Source of the DNA: Escherichia phage phT4A
Reading direction: 5' to 3' (one strand)
DNA: 64,000 nucleotides
Sequence record: NC_055712.1
Numbering within the stretch: the first letter of the stretch is position 1; each line of letters starts with the position of its first letter. The translations under genes and the position numbers were made by a program. This document shows positions 8,948-20,517 of this stretch, piece by piece. The notes beneath the pieces were generated by a model that worked only from the letters and a program-made list of their open reading frames with translations, was not told where the DNA came from and made no database searches.

Positions 8948-11900
8948 ATGATTAAAGCGCCTTCGATTACGAGTTTGCGCGTTGATAAGCTGGCTGCTAA
9001 CTTCGTTTACCTTAAATGGGATGATGTTGGCATGGATTTCTATTATGTGGTTGAATTGGCCCGTAGCCGTGATATGGACGGAACTATTATTCCAGACGAA
9101 GAGTTAATCTGGACGCAGTTGGGTTATAGCTACGAAAACGAATGGTTTAGCGATCAGGTTGCCCCAAATACACGTTATAAATTCCGTATTCAAACAACTC
9201 ATGAAGGGTTTGAACCTTCTGATTGGGTGATCAGCGATGAATTATGGACGTTTGATGAGAACGCCTACGCATATACAACCATGCGTGAATTCACCCCTGC
9301 TGATTCGTTTATCAATGAAAAATTCGCCAAAAACAATCGTGATTACGTCGATTTTAACGATGATGTTATTATGGCTTCTCTGATGGTTGAGGATTTTGTA
9401 TACTCTCCCCTGTATTCTGATGTAAGCCAGATCAGCGATAAGATCCTGAAACAAGAAAGCTACCATGAAATTCAAGATCACATCGAACACGTTTGTAATG
9501 ATATAGATCGCACGTTCCTGGTATACTCAAACGGATTGCTTTACCTGTTTGAACGTTTTCAGAATATGGCTAAAGTGTCAAATGACAAAGGCCAAACGTG
9601 GTATTACTACAAAGCATTAAACGATCGTGTAGGCAATCCGGTTTCCCGTACCGTTGCTTATCAGAGCGCTAACACTACGTATGTGTTAGGATACGATCGC
9701 ATATTTTACGGGCGCACGTCAACAGATATTCGTTGGTCTTCTGATGAAGTTCGTTTTTCTGCTGATGATGTAACGTTTGCGAAGCTGGGGAACCAGTCAG
9801 GGTTAGATTTTGATGTTGATTCATACAACACGTATGCGCGTCTACCGGGCGGAGTGTCGAAGTATGCCGAAGCTATAGCTTGTTCTAGTGATTGGCTCTA
9901 CGTGGCTGCTAAGAACGTTATGCGCCGTATTGCGTTACGTAACACACCAATTGATACTGATCCTGGTTCGCCGACCTTTGGTGAACGTATTTTTGATGAA
10001 GTTTCATATACCATCGTACCAGGAAATGATAAAATTGTTGTTAAAAAAATGGACGTGCTAAATGACCGTCTGTACGTTCTGGTAACTGGTGAAGTTAAAA
10101 CGGCGATGATGGATCCGACTGTCAAAGCTAACGTGATCCCATCAAACGATGCTGGCGTTTATCTGTGGGATGAGAATGCAAAGACGTTTACCCGTGTTTA
10201 TGGTAAAACCGAAGATGAACGTTTTTATATCACTCATGAATATACCAATATGTCAACCAATGGCGATGAAGTTTACATTTCTGTTGGTAACTACAAATAT
10301 CCAGGCACTTTGTCAGATCCAGATCTGGTTGAAAAGTATCCGGAAGATGTGCATTCAGCGGTGAAATACGATCTTGTTCCTGGTTATACTGCGAGCATTT
10401 CGATTAACTTTGCTACAGTTCGTGCAAATCAGAACGATCCTACAGTATGGAACTTTGGGCCGCAAGAGTACTACAATGAAGCAAACTTTAGCTGGCATTT
10501 CCGCGATAAGGTTAGCACATGGATCACCAATGATAACCGTCCTCTGGTGGTTTATCCGGAAACCCTGTATACTCTGGTTACTGATAGCGCGTCTCCTGCG
10601 TCAACGATTCGTGTAAACCATGAAGTTTGGGACAAAGGAACAGTTACTATCTACTTGAATAATATCAAGTTTACTGGTTTTACGAAGTACACAAACGGTG
10701 TTCTGTTGTATCGCTCAGGTGGTAGGATAATTGGATTCTATGAACTGTCATACCGCGCAAGGGATGAACTCACTATTTTCTGGAAACCCGATAACACTTT
10801 AATGGTGGCAAGTCTGGTTAATCAGGAACGTGAAAATCCATATACGCCGGATATTGAACCTGGATTAATCGACCCTGATCTGAGTCACATGATCACTCGT
10901 TTTGCTCCGCAAAGCTATCTGGACAACCAACAGTTCGAAAAATTTGGTGAATACTATCTGCAATACATTTCGTTGGGAAGCAACAGTTACTATAACAAAT
11001 TGCTGAACCTCATCCGGAACAAGTATCCGAGAGAGAAAAACAACGTTGAATATTTGTGGTCTGAAATTAACCGCCGTAACATTTACCTGGATAAAACCAA
11101 ACGTGAGGCAGTGGTTAGATTTTTCGAATCACGTGCAAGTGATTTCTATTCAACAAAAGGGATCGAAGCAAGTTATACGTTCCTGTTTAAATTGCTGTAT
11201 AACGAAGATGTTTCCGTTGAGATCGAAAGCTCCAACAGTCTCGAATATGATATTTTGGTTAGTTCAACAAATATCAGTCAGGATATCGTAGGCCGGACGA
11301 TCTATACACCAACTGGACGCGCTAACGTTACATACATCGAACGTGAATATGAAAATGGTCAATTGCGTTGGTCAATGACTCTGCATAATGCTCAAGGTAA
11401 CTTTATCGAAGGACAGGTTGTCAAGTCAGAAAAAACCAATTTCACCGGAATGGTAATTCGTGGTGTTCGCGGTAAACAAATGGCTAACAACTCGATCGAC
11501 TATATCAACCGTGGACGATCTTACTATGTGATGAAAATTCGTTCAAATCTACCGACTTCCCGTTATAAGGATGACGTATTGAGGTTTGTTCATCCGGTAG
11601 GATTCGGCTTTATGGGTATCACGATGTTAACAGTATTCATCAACTCTGGTTTGTCAATGACTCATAACGAGACAATCATTGATATTCTGAGAAACTACCG
11701 TTTCGATAGTGGTTATCCTAAGTTCTGGCCTGATCGCATTGCGAGTATGGACGGTAACGGAAACCAACAATTCGACCTGGTTACTGGTGAACCTCTGTAC
11801 ACCGCACACCCGCGAGCGGGGGAACCTTTTGATGTACCTCCGGAATATGACATTGAAGAAAAACCGCTTAACGGTGTTCTTCCTTCTGCGCGACGGTTCG

Positions 11901-12034
11901 ATCAAAGCCCGTTGTTCGATTGCTCAGGCGTTAAATATTCACAGTTCCGTAATTTGGTGGATAAACGACTGAAAGATGATGCAGGAAACCCACGTGATCC
12001 AAATCCTCCATCACAGATTAAGGTAGGAAATTAA
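8948..12034 (+). CDS. gp7: gp7 baseplate wedge initiator
   Basis: 1028 aa (T4 gp7 1032 aa); synteny. Confidence 0.85.
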   Translation: MIKAPSITSLRVDKLAANFVYLKWDDVGMDFYYVVELARSRDMDGTIIPDEELIWTQLGYSYENEWFSDQVAPNTRYKFRIQTTHEGFEPSDWVISDELWTFDENAYAYTTMREFTPADSFINEKFAKNNRDYVDFNDDVIMASLMVEDFVYSPLYSDVSQISDKILKQESYHEIQDHIEHVCNDIDRTFLVYSNGLLYLFERFQNMAKVSNDKGQTWYYYKALNDRVGNPVSRTVAYQSANTTYVLGYDRIFYGRTSTDIRWSSDEVRFSADDVTFAKLGNQSGLDFDVDSYNTYARLPGGVSKYAEAIACSSDWLYVAAKNVMRRIALRNTPIDTDPGSPTFGERIFDEVSYTIVPGNDKIVVKKMDVLNDRLYVLVTGEVKTAMMDPTVKANVIPSNDAGVYLWDENAKTFTRVYGKTEDERFYITHEYTNMSTNGDEVYISVGNYKYPGTLSDPDLVEKYPEDVHSAVKYDLVPGYTASISINFATVRANQNDPTVWNFGPQEYYNEANFSWHFRDKVSTWITNDNRPLVVYPETLYTLVTDSASPASTIRVNHEVWDKGTVTIYLNNIKFTGFTKYTNGVLLYRSGGRIIGFYELSYRARDELTIFWKPDNTLMVASLVNQERENPYTPDIEPGLIDPDLSHMITRFAPQSYLDNQQFEKFGEYYLQYISLGSNSYYNKLLNLIRNKYPREKNNVEYLWSEINRRNIYLDKTKREAVVRFFESRASDFYSTKGIEASYTFLFKLLYNEDVSVEIESSNSLEYDILVSSTNISQDIVGRTIYTPTGRANVTYIEREYENGQLRWSMTLHNAQGNFIEGQVVKSEKTNFTGMVIRGVRGKQMANNSIDYINRGRSYYVMKIRSNLPTSRYKDDVLRFVHPVGFGFMGITMLTVFINSGLSMTHNETIIDILRNYRFDSGYPKFWPDRIASMDGNGNQQFDLVTGEPLYTAHPRAGEPFDVPPEYDIEEKPLNGVLPSARRFDQSPLFDCSGVKYSQFRNLVDKRLKDDAGNPRDPNPPSQIKVGN

Positions 12035-13027
12035 ATGGCACAACAAAACTTGTATCGGTCGGTAATTACTGCAAAATTCCGAACCGAAAACTTGATGAAC
12101 TTCAAAGATATGATCGGCGATGCCGCCGATCTAAACACGATTTATATGTCTATTGGGCGAACTGAATCATGGGCGGATAACGAATCCGACCCTAACTTCG
12201 CCCCGCCATATCCAAATGATAGCACCGATGGTGTTAGTGATATGTGGACGCATATGATCGGGGCTACTAAAGTTCCTGGTGATATGATAGATGCAATTTT
12301 ACCACGTAAAGACTGGGGTGATACTCGTTATCCAAACCCGAAAATCTTTTACTTTAACGATATTGTCGTTGTAAACACCGCGCCTTATAACCGTACTGAT
12401 CCGGGTAAAGGTTGGATGGTTTATCGTGTAGTCGATGTTCCTGATATCGGTTCTTGCTCCATTTCGAGCATTACCGGAAAACTTGAATGTATCAGGATCG
12501 GCGGTATCTGGAGTCCGTCTCATGAATCTAGTGAACCTCCACGCGGAGAAGCTAACGGGATCGACATGGGCGACGGTTATAAATGGGAATACCTCTACAC
12601 AATCCCGCCAGATGTCGTGATCAACCGCTGTACAAACGAACATATCGTAGTTCCTTTCCCTGGCGAACTGGAAGAGGATCCGGTACGTTGGGGTTATGAT
12701 AACGTGATTCAATGGTATCCAGGACAATACGATCTAGTGTATCGGTTGAAGGTGAATTCAATGCGTTTTCGTGCATACATGGATTCTCTTTTCTTCCCGC
12801 AATCTACGCTTCCTGGTAACAAAGGGTTCCGTCAGATAAGTATTATTGTAAACCCGTTGATTAAAAAGGCAAGCCCGACCGAACCTGAAAAGAAAGCAAC
12901 TGGTGATTACTATAATGCTAACGCGCTTGAACCTGATTCCGGACGTATGATTTACATGGAAAACAGACAACCTATTATTCGCTCCCTTGATCAGACTGAG
13001 GAAGTGAGTATTGTATTCGAATTCTAA
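12035..13027 (+). CDS. gp8: gp8 baseplate wedge subunit
   Basis: 330 aa (T4 334 aa); synteny. Confidence 0.8.
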   Translation: MAQQNLYRSVITAKFRTENLMNFKDMIGDAADLNTIYMSIGRTESWADNESDPNFAPPYPNDSTDGVSDMWTHMIGATKVPGDMIDAILPRKDWGDTRYPNPKIFYFNDIVVVNTAPYNRTDPGKGWMVYRVVDVPDIGSCSISSITGKLECIRIGGIWSPSHESSEPPRGEANGIDMGDGYKWEYLYTIPPDVVINRCTNEHIVVPFPGELEEDPVRWGYDNVIQWYPGQYDLVYRLKVNSMRFRAYMDSLFFPQSTLPGNKGFRQISIIVNPLIKKASPTEPEKKATGDYYNANALEPDSGRMIYMENRQPIIRSLDQTEEVSIVFEF

Positions 13028-13036
13028 GGAAAAACA

Positions 13037-13900
13037 ATGGCTTACCAAACAGCAAAAAAACTAATTGATGTCGGTGAAATCGGCAACCCATCAACAGGCG
13101 ACCCGCTTTATGATGGTGGTGTTAAACTGAACGAAATGATCACCAACGTTTATAATGCGTTTGGTGATGTGCGTATGCTGTCTGCAAACGAAGGTGTCGG
13201 TAACATGGTGATCCATGCTACCGGATACTATCAGAAACTACCACGCACTTACTATTCAAGCACACCGATCGAACTGGGTTCCTTGCATGACATGGATACT
13301 TCAACAGGTTCGATTACCGTTGTTCTTCCTTCTGGTAAGGTTGGAGAAGGTTGCTACTTCATAAATAGTACGGGTAGTGTCTCTGTTGATCGTCCTATCG
13401 CGTTTCGTCCTCAAGTTGGCGATACTATCGCGGGGGTTGCAGACCAGTTGTATATCACGTCACCTTACACCTTTGTAAAAATCTGGTGTACCAAAAAAGA
13501 AGGTGCGGTAACAACATGGGATTATTCTGTAGAATCTATGTTCGGTTCTAAAACGATGCCTGTTGACACTACGGCGCTTGTACTGAAAGCAAACCCGACT
13601 GCTATTCCTATGTTCGGATATAGCGAATTTAGCGGGGCTAAGGTGCTCGTATACGCAGAAAACGTAGCTGGTACAGTTACCAAAATGGCAGAAGTTTTAA
13701 TGACCGTGGATCGTGTAAACAAAACGATTTATTCAACGGAATACGCTATTTTGAAAAACAGTGAAGATGAAATGTTTACATTAAACTTTACTGTCGGTGC
13801 TGGTGATGTCGTATACGCTAACGTGCAAGCGATCAAAGAAGATCGAATTAAATTCACGATTAAAGCAATCGATACGATTAAATCAGGGATCGCGTCATGA
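13037..13900 (+). CDS. gp9: gp9 baseplate wedge tail fibre connector
   Basis: 287 aa (T4 288 aa); synteny. Confidence 0.8.
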   Translation: MAYQTAKKLIDVGEIGNPSTGDPLYDGGVKLNEMITNVYNAFGDVRMLSANEGVGNMVIHATGYYQKLPRTYYSSTPIELGSLHDMDTSTGSITVVLPSGKVGEGCYFINSTGSVSVDRPIAFRPQVGDTIAGVADQLYITSPYTFVKIWCTKKEGAVTTWDYSVESMFGSKTMPVDTTALVLKANPTAIPMFGYSEFSGAKVLVYAENVAGTVTKMAEVLMTVDRVNKTIYSTEYAILKNSEDEMFTLNFTVGAGDVVYANVQAIKEDRIKFTIKAIDTIKSGIAS

Positions 13901-15714
13901 AACAAGAAATTTTAATAGGTCAGGTTGTAGACGATGGTACAGGCGATTACCTGCGTCGAGGTGGTCAAAAGACTAACAGCAACTTTACAGAATTGTATAA
14001 CATGCTGGGGGATGGTGAGATCCCCCATCCAGCAGGTGCCTGGAAAACTTTTGCGGGTACGACGCTATCACCAAAATTTGGTGAATCATGGGCGTTGAAT
14101 ACCAGTGCAAACAAAATCACCGTAAACCTCCCGAAAGGCGGCGTAGGCGATTATAACAAAGTTATTCGTCTGCGTGATGTGTGGTCGCGTTGGGCTACCA
14201 ACAACGTTAGACTGATCCCCGCAACTGGTGATACTATCAAAGGTTCCCCAACTCCTAAAGATCTGTTTAAAGATTTTATGGATGTGGAATTGGTGTATTG
14301 TTCTCCGGGCCGTTGGGAATACGTCGAAAACAAACAGATTGACAAAATCACAACTTCGGATCTGGCAACAGTAGCAAAAGAAACGTATATTGCTACTCAG
14401 GGACAAACTGACTTCCCTAACGTATTCGGTGTTGGTAATGAATACAACCTGCAATCGTTCGAAGTTTACTATCGCGGTAACTTGCTTTTCATCGATGAGA
14501 AAGACGGATTCAATGCTGATAACTCAGACTATGGATCGATTGGTTCTGCTCCTGGTGAACTGGTTGCACTTGATGGTAATTCAGTACGTCTTAAAAACCC
14601 GTGTAACGCTGGTGACACGCTTCAATTTGTTACCTATCTAGATGGGTTAGCAACATGGCGTTCGAGCTATGAAGCGTATGTGATGCGCATGTATCAGACT
14701 GGTGATACTTCTCTGGAAACCGTTCCTGGTGAACAGTGGGTAGGTGATCTGGCAACCAAAAAAGAGTTTACACCTGCTGAATTTGGTGTTAACCCTCGCG
14801 TGTTGATTAACCCTAACTCGTTTGAACTGCTTCTCAACGGTAAACAACTGGTTAAAGGCGGTGACGCTGACTATCCGGCGTTTTCCTGTGAAGGTGCGGA
14901 AGGTGTTGATGAAAGTACGTGTGTTGGTAACTCTGGTGTATGGGTTCCGTCAGGACAGGATTATAGTTTAGTATTCACTGATTCTGTAGTGACTTCAATC
15001 AAGTTTGCTCAGGAACTGGAATCCGGCGACGTTGTAACGATCCGTTGGTTTAACAATGATATTGGTACTCTGATGGATTGGGAAGGAACTGGCGGTATTA
15101 AAGAAAAAGCTGATAAGGTTTATCTCAATAACGAAGAAGAAGTTATATTGACGAACCGTATCGAATATACCGATTATAATAACCCTTCTCAGAAAACAAT
15201 GCGTAATACAGGGGAAACCTATCAGGGACGTATTCTGGATATTCAGGCTATGTTTGATATTATCCACCCGATCGGAACCATCTATGAAAACGCACACAAC
15301 CCGGCAAACCCTGCTGATTATATGGGATTTGGTGGTTGGAAACGTTACGCAGAAGGTTATTTCCTGGCTGGCTGGACATCAAATGCAGCGGATCCTGATT
15401 TCGCATTAAACAATAATGATTTAGATAGTGGTGGTCAACCGAGTCATACGGCAGGTGGTACAGGCGGTGATCGTGGTACAGAAATCAAAATCATCAACGT
15501 TCCTGAACTTGTATCAAAAGATAAAGTTCTGATTGCTGATGAAAATGGTGCTGTGATCATTGGTGGTTGTCAGTTAGATCCTGATGCTTCTGGCCCTGGA
15601 TACACTAAATACCGTGAGGATACATTGAAAGTGAATCATGGTAACACATTACCTGATAAAATCAAAACTATTCCACCGTATATGACTGCACATCGCTGGA
15701 TAAGGGTTGCATAA
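13897..15714 (+). CDS. gp10: gp10 baseplate wedge subunit and tail pin
   Basis: 605 aa (T4 602 aa); synteny. Confidence 0.8.
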   Translation: MKQEILIGQVVDDGTGDYLRRGGQKTNSNFTELYNMLGDGEIPHPAGAWKTFAGTTLSPKFGESWALNTSANKITVNLPKGGVGDYNKVIRLRDVWSRWATNNVRLIPATGDTIKGSPTPKDLFKDFMDVELVYCSPGRWEYVENKQIDKITTSDLATVAKETYIATQGQTDFPNVFGVGNEYNLQSFEVYYRGNLLFIDEKDGFNADNSDYGSIGSAPGELVALDGNSVRLKNPCNAGDTLQFVTYLDGLATWRSSYEAYVMRMYQTGDTSLETVPGEQWVGDLATKKEFTPAEFGVNPRVLINPNSFELLLNGKQLVKGGDADYPAFSCEGAEGVDESTCVGNSGVWVPSGQDYSLVFTDSVVTSIKFAQELESGDVVTIRWFNNDIGTLMDWEGTGGIKEKADKVYLNNEEEVILTNRIEYTDYNNPSQKTMRNTGETYQGRILDIQAMFDIIHPIGTIYENAHNPANPADYMGFGGWKRYAEGYFLAGWTSNAADPDFALNNNDLDSGGQPSHTAGGTGGDRGTEIKIINVPELVSKDKVLIADENGAVIIGGCQLDPDASGPGYTKYREDTLKVNHGNTLPDKIKTIPPYMTAHRWIRVA

Positions 15715-16382
15715 TGGCTTACAACAATATTTCAAAAACAAGGGAGGGCGCTCGCGTCCTCTCTAAAGAAGCAGATTACTTACAGTATGATACTTATGGT
15801 AAGTTGCCTCTGATCGGCGGTAAACGTTCGATCGGCGAACCAAACATTGACCAAACAAAACGCGGTGTTCTGTATGGAAACGTACAATCCGCAATTGATG
15901 ACCTGTATACGCTTATCGAGCAAATCCCGATTAACGGCGTTGTTACCATGACTGAGGATGCACCTCCAATCGCCGTACAGCAGGTTGAGAGCGTTTCTTT
16001 TGATGGTATTGTACAGAACATCGATTCAGACCAAGAACAGGCTGTAGTTCACGTATACGGCTTCCCTTTCATCTTTGATAATGGGACTAACGCCGCAACC
16101 GTTTGTGAAACTGCATACAACAAATTTACTGAATTCGTTGCAGCGGAAAAATATTTCGCAGAAGTTAACCGCAAAGGTGTTGATGGTACGATCCTTGAAT
16201 GTCGATTTATTGATAGTGTTCCGCACCCGGCAACAAATATCTCAGAAAACGGTATTCGTCAAATCGGAACTATCGACGTAGCCGCAAAAAATGGCTATGG
16301 TTCATGGGTTAAGTTGGGTTCTGGTTTCTTACCTGATGTTACTCCGCAAGTAACCGTGTATTACTTCAAACGAATTGCATAA
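15714..16382 (+). CDS. gp11: gp11 baseplate wedge subunit and tail pin
   Basis: 222 aa (T4 219 aa); synteny. Confidence 0.8.
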   Translation: MAYNNISKTREGARVLSKEADYLQYDTYGKLPLIGGKRSIGEPNIDQTKRGVLYGNVQSAIDDLYTLIEQIPINGVVTMTEDAPPIAVQQVESVSFDGIVQNIDSDQEQAVVHVYGFPFIFDNGTNAATVCETAYNKFTEFVAAEKYFAEVNRKGVDGTILECRFIDSVPHPATNISENGIRQIGTIDVAAKNGYGSWVKLGSGFLPDVTPQVTVYYFKRIA

Positions 16383-16391
16383 GGATAACAC

Positions 16392-17777
16392 ATGAGTAAC
16401 AATACAATCAACCACGTAAGTGATAAATCCATTTACGTGACATTTGACCCAACAGGTACTGATTGGCCTGATACCATAACCAACGTACAAGATGCGTTGG
16501 AAAAAATAGGTAGTTGGGCGCGTACTGATACTGGGCTTCCTATCGCAACAACTTCTGTTCGTGGTATTGCTCAGATCGCAACCGAAGCTGATATTGACGC
16601 TGGCACGGATAACACTAAGATTGTTACTCCGAAACTGTTAGCATATCGTATGCAGAACCCTAAAGCATCACAAACCGTATGGGGTTATACGAAGTATTCG
16701 ACTGATGCGGAATCTACAACCGTAACTAACGATGCATCGTCTATTACTCCGCGATCTCTGAACTATGTGTTCAATAACCGTAAAGGTACAGAATCGGTTT
16801 GGGGTTCTTCTAAAATTGCTACCACTGCACAGGCGGTTGCTGGTACAGATAACACTGTAACTATGACTCCGCTTAAAGTCAAGCAAGCGATCGCGTCCCT
16901 GGTTCCTGTTCAGTCAAGCGCGACCGAAAGCTCGCAAGGTTTGGTACAACTGGCAACAGTTGCACAGGTTCAGGCTGGTACGATCCGTGAAGGGTATGCA
17001 ATTTCACCTTATACGTTTATTCGTTTAACTGCAACTGAAAGCAACCTGGGCGTTATTCGTATCGCATCACAGGCAGAAGCAAACGCGGGTACTGATGACA
17101 CCAAAGCGATTACTGCGAAAAAATTAATCAATACCCGTGCAACTGGATCTCAGTTCGGTGTTGTCAAATTAGCAACAACTGTTGGTTATGTGGCAAACAC
17201 TGCACTTTCTTCAAACGCTGCTGTATTACCTAGTGATCGAAATGCGGTAATTAACGGTTCTCTTTATGAGAATAGCGCAATATATAACAACAAATATCAG
17301 ACGTGGACAGATCTTGATTGGCATTTCCCAGTAGGTGCTATTGTCATGACTGGTTTTCAGACTGACCACGGTAGTTTGTATATTTGTGATGGTCGCTCAC
17401 TGAATAAAAATAACTATCCGTTACTTTTTGAGCGTATAGGTTATACATTTGGTGGTGGCGGTGATTGGTTTAACCTTCCAGATTGTCGAGGCGTTGCAGT
17501 ACGTGGTCATGACCGTGGACGCGGATTAAACCCTAATCGTGGGTATGGTACATATGAAGGCGATATGTTGGGCTGGCACGAACACCCATTACAGCTTATC
17601 TACCAGAACGGCGGTAATATTCCGAAATGGCAAGCAGTTTATGAACTTAAAAGCGCCGAGAAAAACGATCAGAGTGCTCGCGTGTTTGATTCTTCCATAA
17701 CTAAAGCTACTGGTGTGGGCGGAGAAGAAACCCGCATGAAAAACATCGCATTAAACTACGTAATTCGCGTATTATAA
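16392..17777 (+). CDS. gp12: gp12 short tail fibre
   Basis: 461 aa; N-terminal fibre repeats (xGxAxIAT...AGTDNTKxxTPxKL) shared with gp34; synteny. Confidence 0.8.
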   Translation: MSNNTINHVSDKSIYVTFDPTGTDWPDTITNVQDALEKIGSWARTDTGLPIATTSVRGIAQIATEADIDAGTDNTKIVTPKLLAYRMQNPKASQTVWGYTKYSTDAESTTVTNDASSITPRSLNYVFNNRKGTESVWGSSKIATTAQAVAGTDNTVTMTPLKVKQAIASLVPVQSSATESSQGLVQLATVAQVQAGTIREGYAISPYTFIRLTATESNLGVIRIASQAEANAGTDDTKAITAKKLINTRATGSQFGVVKLATTVGYVANTALSSNAAVLPSDRNAVINGSLYENSAIYNNKYQTWTDLDWHFPVGAIVMTGFQTDHGSLYICDGRSLNKNNYPLLFERIGYTFGGGGDWFNLPDCRGVAVRGHDRGRGLNPNRGYGTYEGDMLGWHEHPLQLIYQNGGNIPKWQAVYELKSAEKNDQSARVFDSSITKATGVGGEETRMKNIALNYVIRVL

Positions 17778-17790
17778 CAGAGGTTATTAA

Positions 17791-19543
17791 ATGATCATCG
17801 ACAAATTAAACCCGTTGCCGAAGATCCCGTTTGTTGATGGCGTCCCAGATGACGCCACGACTCAAACGAAGATTATTTGGATCAAAAACGGTGAAACTCT
17901 GGACGGTTCGCCAGATAAAGTGTCAAACACTGGTAGTCTTAACCGAACTGGTGTAAACATCCAGCAGAACGCGGTTCAGTTAGAACAAAATACCATCACC
18001 CATAATGATAAAATCAACGAAGTAATCGATCAGGTTAACTTGATTACTGAAAACATTGATGCTATTGGTGATGAGAGCGTAATCAAAAAAAGTTAACCAG
18101 TTGGATCAGGATGTTCAGGCATTAACTTTATCTAACACCCAAACACAGAACAAGGTAGCACAGTTAACCCTTTCTGTAAATGCTCAGAACGATGAAATTG
18201 GGGAATACGATCCAGAAAAGGATCCTAAACACCGCACAATTCGTAATGATATCATTTACATTAAGAAAGAAGTTGGTTCATATCCTGGATTTAACGTTGA
18301 TGGTGATGTTGACCCCTCTTCTACTGGTACTGGCCTTAAATACCGCGTACTGAGTAACCAACGTGCTATTTCTATGCAGGAAACTCGCATAACCAAACTG
18401 GAAGATGATTGGGCGCTTTCCGAAGTAGGACAACTGACAGAAGAGGTAAAAGAACTTCGTGCTGAAATGGGTGATTCTGGTCTTGCCACAACCCGATCAA
18501 TCTATGCGCGAATCAAGATCCTTGAGGATGGTTCTATTGTAATGCAAAATGAACTTGATGCGATTAATAGTTATATCGGTCGCACGTCAGGTTCAACCAG
18601 TTCCATTAACGATCGTGTGAACAGTCTGGAAAACTCCGTTAGTTCTCTGGCTACACAAATCAATGATCCGGTAACTGGTATCACTGCACAAATTGCAACC
18701 ATTAACGGTCAAATCGGTACGGCTTCTGCTCAGGGTAGTATCCGTTATGATATTGCGGAAACTAAACGCAGATTGATGGATATGGAAATGATTCTGGGTG
18801 AATCCGGCGATGATGGATTGCAGGGACAAGTTGCGATCTTAACTGGTGACGTTGGTGAAGATTCAGATCCTACCAGTATCAAAGGCCGTTTGAGTGTTGT
18901 TGAGGGTGAATTACGCACCAACACTAGCGCACTCTGGGAACTGCAAGGCGTTGTAGGTAACTCTTCTAGTGGCCTCGTTGCAACTAGCCAGCAGATTAAC
19001 AAAGAAATCTATGGTGATGGTGTTAGTTCCGATCCTGTTACTCGCGCTGGTTTGAAAACAACAACCCGCAACCTGTTCACTCAGGTAGGAGATAACTCCG
19101 AAGGTAACGAAACGGGCATTTATGCACTGATTGCCGACCTTACTAAACGTGTTGAGGATTTAGAAGCGTTGAACATTGCACAGGCACTTGCAGATCGCGT
19201 AACTATCGAAGATCTGAATGCTAAACTGGCTCTGTACATCAAAGAAGCTGACGCCGATCTCCGTTATGAGAGCAAAAACCCGCCTCTGTCATTCGGTACT
19301 AACCTAACTGGTGATACTGAATACACTACTGGCGATCCATTGTCTCTAAGCGTAACTATGAATGGTGGTGTTTCTCCGCTGTCTTACCAGTGGACGAAAA
19401 ACGGCGTAAACGTTGGTACTGATGCTAACACATTTACCATCGATTCGCTACAGCCTTCTGATTCCGGAACTTACAAAGTAACGGTAACTGATGCAAGCCA
19501 TAAAGTCATCGTTTCTGATGAACTGGCGATCACTGTCGCTTAA
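17791..19543 (+). CDS. wac: fibritin (wac), reading frame interrupted at A7 tract 18085-18091
   Basis: ORF 17791-18096 (101 aa, LPKIPFVDGVPDD...IIWIKNGETL matches fibritin N-terminus) and ORF 18101-19543 (+1 frame, RTIRNDIIYIKKEVG matches T4 RTIRNDLLWIKRELG) fuse if one A is removed; C-terminus is Ig-like rather than a foldon. Confidence 0.75.
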
Positions 19544-19551
19544 CGATTAAC

Positions 19552-19570
19552 AAGGGGCTTCGGCCCCTTT
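19552..19570 (+). terminator. hairpin terminator after wac
   Basis: AAGGGGCttcgGCCCCTT followed by TTT. Confidence 0.45.
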
Positions 19571-19581
19571 TGAGGATCTTT

Positions 19582-20508
19582 ATGATTACGAACAACCCAG
19601 CACAATTAAAAGATGAAATTCTGCGCCGTTTAGGTGCTCCGATCGTCAAAATCGAAGTGACAACCGAACAGGTTTATGACTGCATTCAACGAGCATTAGA
19701 CCTATATGCAGAATATCATTACAATGGATCTAACAAAGGGTATATCATTCTCACCCTGGGGCCGGACAACCCGAAAAATATTTTCGATCTGAGTAAAGAA
19801 CACATTTTCGCAATTACTAAAGTGTTGCGTACTAACATGGGTTCCCTTGTATCGATGGATGGTACTGCGGTTTATCCGTGGTTTACTGATTTCCTGATGG
19901 GCCTTACTGGTGGTTCTCTGGGCGGTGGTGGTTGTGCATCACGTACCTACGGAATGAACGCATATGGCGCGGATATGGGCTATTTTACCCAGATGATGAG
20001 CTATCAGCGGTCAATGCAAGATCTCCTGTCTCCGCTTCCGGATTACTGGTATAACGACGACACAGGACAGTTTGCAGTATACGGAACCGTTAAAGATGGT
20101 GATATTGTTGTTATCGAAGCAATGATCAGATCCTTTGTTGATGTACCCAGTATGGTCGGTAACGTCGCTGGATACGCTACAGCGGGTTCTGATGGTGAAG
20201 ATAAGCCAACTATAGCAGATATATACAATAACCCCTACAAAGCCGTCTCAGGCGGCGTGAAGGCTGGTCAAGGTACAGGCGTTCAGAGTTCATCCTCTGC
20301 GTATAACAACCGTTGGGTGAAAGATTACGCAACTGCTCTTGTTAAAGAGGTAAACGGTCAGGTGCTGGCTAAGTTTCAGGGTATGCAATTGCCTGGTGGT
20401 GTTGCTCCGGATGGAACCAGACTGATTCAGGAAGCTATGCAAGAAAAAGAAAACCTCCGTCAAGAACTTCTGTTACTGTCTGATGCACTTCCAGTGTTGA
20501 TGATGTAA
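19582..20508 (+). CDS. gp13: gp13 neck protein
   Basis: ATG at 19582 with GAGGA RBS; MITNNPAQLKDEILRRLGAPIVKIEVT similar to T4 gp13 N-terminus; 308 aa. Confidence 0.85.
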   Translation: MITNNPAQLKDEILRRLGAPIVKIEVTTEQVYDCIQRALDLYAEYHYNGSNKGYIILTLGPDNPKNIFDLSKEHIFAITKVLRTNMGSLVSMDGTAVYPWFTDFLMGLTGGSLGGGGCASRTYGMNAYGADMGYFTQMMSYQRSMQDLLSPLPDYWYNDDTGQFAVYGTVKDGDIVVIEAMIRSFVDVPSMVGNVAGYATAGSDGEDKPTIADIYNNPYKAVSGGVKAGQGTGVQSSSSAYNNRWVKDYATALVKEVNGQVLAKFQGMQLPGGVAPDGTRLIQEAMQEKENLRQELLLLSDALPVLMM

Positions 20509-20517
20509 GGGGGAAAA

